DNA of 46,180 nucleotides from a virus: IMG/VR virus record IMGVR_UViG_3300011915_000001, positions 1 to 46,180 of that record; one strand, 5' to 3'. Shown piece by piece: positions 39,645 to 46,180 of this stretch (position 1 is its first letter; each line of letters starts with the position of its first letter). The notes under the pieces were generated by a model. It saw only the letters and a program-made list of their open reading frames with translations, ran no database searches and was not told where the DNA came from. The position numbers and the translations under genes were made by a program.

Positions 39645-40199
39645 ATGGGCGTACAACAGGCCTGCATCGATGCATATAGGAAGCATCGCAATCTCAAACT
39701 CGCAGCTGTCGACGTAGGGATACCTTGGCAGACCGTGTACGTCCATCTTCGATCGGCAGGAGAGCCGGTCATGGGCGACAAGCTGAAATATGGTTCAGAC
39801 AAGGATCGGCTTGCCGCGCGCGGTGAGCAGCTTTTCTTGCGCCTCGTTCCCGGCGCACTAAGCCACAACGAGACCATGTTTCAGAGCAAGATCGACTTCA
39901 ACGTGCGCGATTACGGTGTCGACGTGAAAACCTCGACGCTCAAGTTCGGACACAAGGCGTGCAAGTTGAGGCGTTGGGCATTCAGCATGAAGAAGCAGGA
40001 AATGTACGCAGATTTCTTCGTATGCTTCTGCATGAGCGAGAGCGGCGACGACCTGATGAAAACGCTGCTGATCCCAGGCGAAATCGCGAGGAAATACTCC
40101 ACAGTTTCGCTTTCCGAGCGAGGCGGAAAATGGGACGACTACGCAGTTGAGCCCAGCGACCTGAACGCATTCTTCGAAGCACTCCCCGCTAAACCGTAA
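39645..40199 (+). CDS. HTH + PD-(D/E)xK nuclease-fold protein
   Basis: N-terminal HTH-like segment NLKLAAVDVGIPWQTVYVHL. Core motif GEQLF...DFNVRDYGVDVKTS. Confidence 0.45.
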   Translation: MGVQQACIDAYRKHRNLKLAAVDVGIPWQTVYVHLRSAGEPVMGDKLKYGSDKDRLAARGEQLFLRLVPGALSHNETMFQSKIDFNVRDYGVDVKTSTLKFGHKACKLRRWAFSMKKQEMYADFFVCFCMSESGDDLMKTLLIPGEIARKYSTVSLSERGGKWDDYAVEPSDLNAFFEALPAKP

Positions 40200-40238
40200 C
40201 TTGGGCGCCCCGCGCGCCCTCCTCCCCGGTACATCCCA

Positions 40239-40469
40239 ATGCAAGAGTTCAAGTACGACCGCGTGCACACGCCGGCCGCGCACGAGGCTGCGCGCCAGGA
40301 AATCGCAAGGAAGACGGCAGCGTTTGAAGCTGCCAAGGGACCAGTGGAAACCCAGCCGATCCGCGTAGAGGAAAAACTCATTCCCTACCGCATCACCTGC
40401 CCGGAGAAGAAGCAAGCGGCGCGAGCAAAGGCCGTGGCGACCAGAAAGGCGCGCACGGTGGCCGCATGA
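40239..40469 (+). CDS. Hypothetical protein
   Basis: 76-aa ORF with an ATG start. Confidence 0.5.
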   Translation: MQEFKYDRVHTPAAHEAARQEIARKTAAFEAAKGPVETQPIRVEEKLIPYRITCPEKKQAARAKAVATRKARTVAA

Positions 40470-40672
40470 GCAGGACACTGAAAGGCCGGCTGGTCCGGCG
40501 CGAGATCAACGGCATCAGCGAAAAGCTCTGCGCCTGCTGCGATGAGTGGAAGCCGCTGGACGATGATCACTTCCAGTTCATCAAGACGACTGGCGTCTGG
40601 CAGTGCTACTGCCGGCCGTGCCTTTACGCGAAGGCTGTAGCGCGGGCGCAGGCTCGCAGGAAGGCAGCATGA
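40466..40672 (+). CDS. Cys-rich (zinc-binding?) small protein
   Basis: ATGA overlap with the upstream gene. CACC...CYCRPC. Confidence 0.5.
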   Translation: MSRTLKGRLVRREINGISEKLCACCDEWKPLDDDHFQFIKTTGVWQCYCRPCLYAKAVARAQARRKAA

Positions 40673-40878
40673 CACGAGACGAGTACCTAAGCCGCGCTCA
40701 TGAGTTCGCGCCGCGTGGTGAGCGCCTGCCGCACGCCAGGCTGAACGCAGACATTGTGCGCGCAATCCGCACCAACCGCCGCGGGCTCACTGCGCGCCAG
40801 TGGGCAGAACAGCTCGGCGTCCACCAGCGGACCATCGACAAGGTGCGCGACTACCGCAGCTGGCGGCACGTCGCCTAG
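40669..40878 (+). CDS. Small HTH protein
   Basis: ATGA overlap with the upstream gene. LTARQWAEQLGVHQRTIDKV. Confidence 0.5.
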   Translation: MTRDEYLSRAHEFAPRGERLPHARLNADIVRAIRTNRRGLTARQWAEQLGVHQRTIDKVRDYRSWRHVA

Positions 40879-40886
40879 GAGGAGAG

Positions 40887-41543
40887 ATGACCTGCACAAG
40901 CCCGCTCGCCGGCAGGAGGCGCACGGAATACCGGCACTGGACGCCGGCAGAGGACGCAACACTGGCAGAACTGTATGCCACCAAGCCAATCACCGAGATA
41001 GCAGCCCTGATGGGGCGCGGCACCGGCTCGATACACAACCGCGTGTCGAAACTCAGACTGACGCGGCCGGATGAGTTCAAGGAGATCACAGGCTGCGGCA
41101 GGTTCAAGCCCGGCCACCAGACGTGGAACTCTGGCCGCAAAGGCTGGCAGGCAGGAGGCCGGGCCAAGGACACGCAGTTCAAGCTGGGTCACCGACCATC
41201 GAACACCTGGCGCCCCATCGGAGCGGAGCGCACCGACAAGGGCGGCATCCTCTACCGCAAGGTGGCGGACACCGGCAACAAGCGCACTGACTGGCGCCCG
41301 GTCCACGTGATGTTGTGGGAAGAGCACAACGGCGCTGTGCCGGCTGGGCATTTCCTCGTCTTCAAGGACAGGAGCCCCGCCAACATCTCAATCGACAACC
41401 TCGAGCTGGTCACCCGCGCGGAGAACATGCGCCGCAACTCAATCGACCGCTATCCGCCCGAATATCGCCAGGCCGCCATAACGCTCGGCTGGTTCAAGCG
41501 GAAGCTCAACAAACTGGAGCAGCACCATGAACAACCTCAGTGA
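40887..41543 (+). CDS. Second free-standing HNH_3-type endonuclease
   Basis: RBS AGGAGGAG. VHVMLWEEHNGAVPAGHFLVFKDRSPANISIDNLELVTRAENMRRN. Confidence 0.65.
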   Translation: MTCTSPLAGRRRTEYRHWTPAEDATLAELYATKPITEIAALMGRGTGSIHNRVSKLRLTRPDEFKEITGCGRFKPGHQTWNSGRKGWQAGGRAKDTQFKLGHRPSNTWRPIGAERTDKGGILYRKVADTGNKRTDWRPVHVMLWEEHNGAVPAGHFLVFKDRSPANISIDNLELVTRAENMRRNSIDRYPPEYRQAAITLGWFKRKLNKLEQHHEQPQ

Positions 41544-41766
41544 TCTGCGCGCCATTCTCGGCAAGACGATGGAGGGCGTGCTGGCCGGCACTTACTCGAT
41601 TGAACAAGCGAAGGCTATAGCCCAGGTCGCGGCTGAAGTGAACGCCACGGCGCGCCTTGAGGTGGACATGGCCCGCGCTACTGATGGCGACTTCCGAGGC
41701 TCCGGTTTCATCGACGTCGAGCCGCGCATTGCGCCGCGTGAGCCTCTTCGGAGGATCGCTCCGTGA
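41527..41766 (+). CDS. Hypothetical protein
   Basis: 79-aa ORF overlapping the end of the HNH gene. Confidence 0.5.
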   Translation: MNNLSDLRAILGKTMEGVLAGTYSIEQAKAIAQVAAEVNATARLEVDMARATDGDFRGSGFIDVEPRIAPREPLRRIAP

Positions 41767-42170
41767 CTGATCGCACCTACACCATCACCGTAACCGAGCG
41801 CCAGGCAGCAGAGCTGCAAGAGGCCTGCGAGCTACTGGCGCGGATCAAGATCGGCCAGATCGACCACGCCATTGAGCGTCTGCCGGGCTTCTACGACCGG
41901 CGCGACTGGGAGCAGGTCCACGCCACGCGGCACGAGATACAGCGCCTTGCGAACACGCTGATGCCGGAGGCCACGAAGCGCCGCGAGGATGGCGTTGCCT
42001 GGGACTTGTATCAGGTCATACGGCATCGCTTGTCATGGGATCGCGCGCATGACCTGGGAGTCATCCAGCCTGGCGAGCCACGCAAATGGCCCGAGATGAT
42101 GGGCGTCTGCTACGACGAGCCACTGGCAATGAGCGGGCTGCCGCTGGCCACAATCAAGGAGCATGAGTAA
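41763..42170 (+). CDS. Hypothetical protein
   Basis: GTG start overlapping the upstream stop. 135 aa. Confidence 0.5.
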   Translation: MTDRTYTITVTERQAAELQEACELLARIKIGQIDHAIERLPGFYDRRDWEQVHATRHEIQRLANTLMPEATKRREDGVAWDLYQVIRHRLSWDRAHDLGVIQPGEPRKWPEMMGVCYDEPLAMSGLPLATIKEHE

Positions 42171-43060
42171 TGAACGACACACTGAAGGTAGCCGGGCGAA
42201 TCGGCGCTGAGCTGGGGGCTGCGAAGGCGGAATGCGAGCGGTTGCGCGATCTTTTGCGTGACGTGGAGTTCCGCGGAGTGCTGACAGGGTGGGAGCCAGG
42301 TCTTATCGGTCAGATCACAGCCGCCCTATCCCAACAGGCCGAGCCTAACCATGCTGAGGATATGCGCGCAATGGTCGAGCCAGCCCTGGCGCAGGATGAG
42401 CGGGAGGCCAGCCGCAGTGTTGAACCTATCGTCCGAGCGCTAAACGCCAGCGTGGCAGTAGGATCGGACGGAGATTGGGTTTCTATTCGCCGAGAGCATC
42501 GAGATGCCGCAGTTCGTATGCTCAGCGATTTAGATGCCGATTTCCGGCACGTCTACCAGGCATACGCAGAAGCGCAGAAGCGGGCCAACCGCCCCGCGCA
42601 GACCGAGCAGCAGCCTTTCACTGTGCCGGATGGGTATGCCCTGGTTCCGCAGACTATGCACCTCGACAAGGGCGTTATTGATGCGTTGCTCTTTCACGTT
42701 GGCGGCTTGGATGGCGCCGAAGAAGAAGACAAATACGTTGATGGCATTCTGTGGGTCGGCGAGGTATTGGGTGATGACGGGGAGCGCGAGGCTTACGGCC
42801 TGAATATCGCCTGCGCAGAGTGCCCGGAGGAAGGCAGCACCAATCTGATCGAGTTCGCCGCCCCCATCGCGCAGACCGCCCCTCTAGGCAAGTTCCGCAT
42901 GGGCGACCTCGTGAAGAAGTCCACCGGCAGCGAGTGGGAAGGCCATATCTGCGGCACCTACTCCACGGAATTGACGCCAGAGGGCTACGCAGTCGAGAGC
43001 AGCGCCCATCGCAACAGCGTGCAGATTTACCCCGCAAAGGCATTGGAGGCAGTGGAATGA
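42170..43060 (+). CDS. 296-aa protein with a C-terminal R67/DfrB-type (type II DHFR) SH3-like domain
   Basis: The C-terminal [55 protein letters not shown] aligns by eye with R67 DHFR residues 24-78, including K32, W38, H62, S65 and VQIY. Confidence 0.75.
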   Translation: [296 protein letters not shown]

Positions 43061-43530
43061 GCAAGGTATTGGTTGATCGGGAGCTGCTGGACAGCGCGGC
43101 GACATGGCTTGAGGTGCACGCGCCAGGTGGCGGCTGCGTTGAAGGCTCGGTGGCGGAAGATTTGCGCGCCATTCTTGCCCAGCCCGCAGAGGCGGAAGGG
43201 GTCGAGGTGGTGGCTTGGCAGCAGCGATACATTTGCCCAGACGAAGGCCCGAGCTGTTGGCAATCCGCTGATGAGCAGACCGTGGAAATACTTCGGCGTC
43301 GCGATGACTATGAGCTTCGCCAGCTGGTCCCGCTAACCGCCCTGTCAGCCGTGACCGCCGAGCGGGATAGGCTGCGGGAGGATGCGGAGCGGTATCGGTG
43401 GGCTTCCTCTGGAGTGCATGAAGCCGAGACGCTCGTTTCTATCGTGAACTGCCACGGCGGCTATGCCGAGAAGGTTGCAGAGCGGGTTGACGTGTATCGA
43501 GAAGCCGCCATGGCTGCGAAGGAGGCGTGA
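43057..43530 (+). CDS. Hypothetical protein
   Basis: ATGA overlap with the upstream gene. 157 aa. Confidence 0.55.
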   Translation: MSKVLVDRELLDSAATWLEVHAPGGGCVEGSVAEDLRAILAQPAEAEGVEVVAWQQRYICPDEGPSCWQSADEQTVEILRRRDDYELRQLVPLTALSAVTAERDRLREDAERYRWASSGVHEAETLVSIVNCHGGYAEKVAERVDVYREAAMAAKEA

Positions 43531-43772
43531 TGGGCATCACAACGAAAACCATCACTATCTGCTGCTGTGATGTTTGCGGATCGGAGTGCGTGCCGGAAGA
43601 CGGCGAGGTCCGCGTACAGGTAAACAGTGGTGACCGAGACGTTGGGCCAGCGCATATCCGTGGCGTCTTGGTGTTCGATCAGCCATACGGCTGCACAAGC
43701 GGCATTGTGTGTCGTCCGTGCAAGCTCAAGTGGCTGGCGGTTTATCTTGAGCGCGAAGCCAAGACGCCCTAA
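43530..43772 (+). CDS. Cys-rich small protein
   Basis: The start overlaps the upstream stop. CCCDVCGSEC...CRPC. Confidence 0.5.
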   Translation: MGITTKTITICCCDVCGSECVPEDGEVRVQVNSGDRDVGPAHIRGVLVFDQPYGCTSGIVCRPCKLKWLAVYLEREAKTP

Positions 43773-43839
43773 CCGCCTAACCCCCTAACCCCACCCAAAC
43801 ACACAGCCTGCCGGCGAGAGTCGGCGGGGAGGAGAAGTC

Positions 43840-44292
43840 ATGTCTGAGATTCAACCGAAGCGCCCCACAGTCACCGAGGAGATGATTCTTGCCGCCGCGG
43901 AAGTTGTGGCCGCCAAGATCGATGCTGATGCCGCAACCATCGCCGAGCACTACCGCTACGGCATGGACGGCTATGAGCTCGCAAAGGAGCTCGACAAATA
44001 CGCTTACTGGGACACGTCGCGGGACGACATGGAGGCGCTTGACGAAGTTGATTGGCTGGTCGATGCAGCGCTGCGTGAGGCTGAAAAGGATTGGGTTTTA
44101 GCCAATGCAATCCAGCCACCATTCCCGATTGGCGCCCGCGTTCAGTGCAATGTGCGCAACAAGATCGGAACCATCACAGGGCTATCCGAGCACTCAGCGG
44201 CCACCTATCAGGTGAAGCCAGATAGGCAGGACGACGCCGCAACCGGAAGCTGCCGCTGGTTGTGCAAGTTCGAGCAGGTATCGGCCGCCTAA
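43840..44292 (+). CDS. Hypothetical protein
   Basis: RBS GGGGAGGAGAAG. 150 aa. Confidence 0.55.
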   Translation: MSEIQPKRPTVTEEMILAAAEVVAAKIDADAATIAEHYRYGMDGYELAKELDKYAYWDTSRDDMEALDEVDWLVDAALREAEKDWVLANAIQPPFPIGARVQCNVRNKIGTITGLSEHSAATYQVKPDRQDDAATGSCRWLCKFEQVSAA

Positions 44293-44316
44293 CCCCACAC
44301 GCAGCAGGAGATAGAC

Positions 44317-44586
44317 ATGCACACAGACAAGGCGATAGCAGAGTTCGAGGCGTGGGCAGGCAGCGAGGCGTTCGGCCTATCACCAGCCCACTTTGAAAAG
44401 GATGAGGCAGGCGACTACATCAACTATCCGACCCAGTGCTACTGGCTGGTTTGGAAGGCATCGCGGGAGGAGCTGGTGATTGAGCTGCCGGAACGGTTCG
44501 ACAAATACGACAGCGGCGACTGGACATATTGGGCTGACGGCGTTGATGCCGCCATCGAAGCAGCCGGCGTAATGGTGAGGGGGTGA
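44317..44586 (+). CDS. Hypothetical protein
   Basis: RBS GCAGGAG. 89 aa. Confidence 0.55.
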   Translation: MHTDKAIAEFEAWAGSEAFGLSPAHFEKDEAGDYINYPTQCYWLVWKASREELVIELPERFDKYDSGDWTYWADGVDAAIEAAGVMVRG

Positions 44587-44588
44587 AC

Positions 44589-44786
44589 ATGAGCCTGTGG
44601 CAATCATTCAAGCGCCTGCCGGAGCAGGAGCAGAAGCGCCAGTTTGAAATCCTCGCCAAGTCCGACATGCAGCGAATCCGCATGGAAGTCTGGATAGAGG
44701 AAGAAGGCGAGCGCACGAACACATGCGTGAAGAACGTACTCGGCAAGCGCTGCAGTTACTGCGGCTGCCGGGAATTGGAGGGGTGA
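44589..44786 (+). CDS. Hypothetical protein
   Basis: ATG 44589 lies just after the upstream stop. 65 aa. Confidence 0.5.
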   Translation: MSLWQSFKRLPEQEQKRQFEILAKSDMQRIRMEVWIEEEGERTNTCVKNVLGKRCSYCGCRELEG

Positions 44787-44789
44787 GAG

Positions 44790-45002
44790 ATGAAATTGAG
44801 CCTTGAGAAATGGGCCGAAGCCAACTTCGATCCGGTGCCGACGCTCAACACGCTGCGGCGATGGGCACGGGAGGCGAAGATTTTCCCAGCCCCGGTAAAG
44901 CACGGGCGCAGCTATTATGTTGAGCCAGACGCACAGTACATCGAGCCGGGCACGCTTGCCGGGCGCATCGCGAGGGATCGACATGGCGCCAAGGCCGCGT
45001 AA
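44790..45002 (+). CDS. xis: Excisionase, lambda Xis-like
   Basis: LSLEKWAEANFDPVPTLNTLRRWAREAKIFPAPVKHGRSYYV parallels lambda Xis (LTLQEWNARQRRPRSLETVRRWVRECRIFPPPVKDGREYLF). It overlaps the int start. Confidence 0.85.
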   Translation: MKLSLEKWAEANFDPVPTLNTLRRWAREAKIFPAPVKHGRSYYVEPDAQYIEPGTLAGRIARDRHGAKAA

Positions 45003-46080
45003 GACCGGTTCGAAAGACCTGCCGCCGAACCTGTACCGCAAGACGGACAGCAGGAACGGCGTCACCTATTACAGCTACCGCGACCCGTCGTCAGGGAGGT
45101 GGTACGGGCTTGGCACCGACAAGGCGCTGGCCGTGCGGGAGGCTGTGCACGCCAATCATACCGGCGCGAAGATGCAGCCGGCCTTGGCTGAGCGCATCGC
45201 TGCGACGCCGAAACGGCGGTTCTCGGAATGGATCGATGAATACCGCACGCTGTACGCAGAGCGCGACGTGTCTGACCGCAGCAAGGAAACCGTGCGCATG
45301 AGGCTGAATCGCCTTAGCGAGGCGCTTGGGCACCTCGACACGGCGGCATTGGGAACGTTTGAGGTGGCCGGCTACCTGAAGACCTTCACGGACGAAGGCA
45401 AGGCGCAGATGGCAAGAGCCATGCGGTCATTGCTGAGCGACCTGATGCGCGAGGCGATAGCGGCAGGATGGCGGAAGGACAACCCGGTCGAAGTGACGCG
45501 AGCCGCGAAGGTGAAGGTCAAGCGCGAACGGCTGACCCTGGAGCTATGGAAGGCGATCTATGCCGAGGCCAAGCAGCCTTGGCTGAAGCGCGCCATGGAA
45601 CTTGCAGTGTTGACCGGCCAGCGCCGGGACGACATTGCCGCGATGCTGTTCAAGGACGTGCACGACGAGCACCTGCACATCATCCAAGCGAAGACCGGCG
45701 CCAGGCTGCGGATCAGCACGAAGCTCCGCCTGGAATCGCTCGGGCTCGAGCTTGGCGAGGTGGTTAAAGCCTGCCGGGATGCGGTAGTGTCAAAGCATCT
45801 CGTGCACCACAGCCGCACCGTAAGCCGCGCGACGCCGGGGATGCCGATCATGCTGGACACATTGACCAGCGCGTTTGCAGCAGCCCGCGACCGCGCCGGC
45901 AAGAAGGCCGGCATAGAGTTCGGAGAGAGCCCGCCGACCTTCCACGAGATGCGATCACTGGCCGCCAGATTGCACGCAGCGGAAGGCCGCGATCCTCAAT
46001 TACTGCTCGGCCACAAGTCGGCAGCGATGACCGCGCTCTACCGTGACAGCCGGGGCGCCGAGTGGATCGACGTGGCATAA
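44983..46080 (+). CDS. int: Tyrosine integrase, lambda Int family
   Basis: ATG 44983. An N-terminal arm-binding-type segment (LPPNLYRKTDSRNGVTYYSYRDP) and a C-terminal catalytic domain with R...HEMRSL...LLGH...Y pattern. Confidence 0.9.
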   Translation: MAPRPRKTGSKDLPPNLYRKTDSRNGVTYYSYRDPSSGRWYGLGTDKALAVREAVHANHTGAKMQPALAERIAATPKRRFSEWIDEYRTLYAERDVSDRSKETVRMRLNRLSEALGHLDTAALGTFEVAGYLKTFTDEGKAQMARAMRSLLSDLMREAIAAGWRKDNPVEVTRAAKVKVKRERLTLELWKAIYAEAKQPWLKRAMELAVLTGQRRDDIAAMLFKDVHDEHLHIIQAKTGARLRISTKLRLESLGLELGEVVKACRDAVVSKHLVHHSRTVSRATPGMPIMLDTLTSAFAAARDRAGKKAGIEFGESPPTFHEMRSLAARLHAAEGRDPQLLLGHKSAAMTALYRDSRGAEWIDVA

Positions 46081-46101
46081 TCCGCGACTGAGTTTTGGCG
46101 A

Positions 46102-46180
46102 GGTTTTGGGGAGAATTTGGAGAGGATGGAAACGCCCTGTAAAATCAAGCACTTACACCTCTATGGTATCAAAGCTTGGG
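46102..46180. repeat. Terminal direct repeat copy 2 (identical to 1..79)
   Basis: Read directly from the sequence. Confidence 0.95.

Larger units (their letters stand above)
1..46180. mobile_element. Complete-looking temperate lambdoid (siphovirus-type) phage or prophage genome
   Basis: Integrase and excisionase, CI/Cro switch, O/DnaB replication, Q-like gene, lambda-type terminase/gpW/portal, tail and lysis genes are all present. The window starts and ends with the same 79 bp. Confidence 0.9.

Noticed and set aside
1-46180. CRISPR arrays, rRNA/tRNA genes, transposase/IS elements
   Set aside because: I looked for regularly spaced direct repeats, tRNA T-arm signatures and transposase-like ORFs and found none.

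Overview
The window looks like a complete temperate lambdoid siphovirus genome. It is high-GC and Pseudomonas-like in flavour, but host assignment is inference only. The first 79 bases are identical to the last 79 bases, so it is either a circularly closed phage contig or an att-bounded prophage.

Minus-strand layout, read 5'->3' on that strand:
- Cro-like gene (31805), then replication genes O (with internal iterons) and DnaB.
- A nin-like region: PD-(D/E)xK nuclease, HNH-AP2 homing endonuclease, TraR/DksA, NinB, Ref-type HNH nuclease, DUF6378-like protein, RuvC-like resolvase and a 503-aa Zn-ribbon/metallophosphoesterase.
- A Q-like gene, then a late promoter with a short terminated leader.
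- A lambda-S-like holin, a putative cos site, then Nu1/gpA-type terminase, gpW, lambda-type portal and a protease-capsid fusion.
- Head-tail connectors, major tail protein, a secreted DUF4124 moron, G/GT chaperones with a T-TTT-TTC -1 frameshift, and the tape measure.
- Seven tail-tip proteins, two fibre genes, an FN3 protein, then endolysin and embedded Rz/Rz1.

Plus-strand layout:
- CI repressor (31879), followed by a two-gene cassette in the rexAB slot and an orphan gene.
- An OL/PL-like promoter-operator and a ~500-nt leader.
- A long, translationally coupled early-left operon: LuxR-type HTH, many small ORFs, Rad52-like annealase, Gp157-like protein, SSB, an HTH-nuclease, a second HNH endonuclease and a protein ending in an R67/DfrB-type DHFR domain.
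- Excisionase and integrase.

Most interesting items:
1. The cI-linked Zn-ribbon plus tail-anchored membrane protein pair, a candidate lysogen-expressed exclusion/Abi module.
2. The DfrB-like domain fused to a phage protein.
3. A 640-bp non-coding gap holding a 214-nt element closed by a 27/28 inverted repeat.
4. The large Zn-ribbon metallophosphoesterase in the NinI slot.
5. The physically split lysis cassette.

All family assignments come from reading the translated ORFs by eye. No database search was possible.
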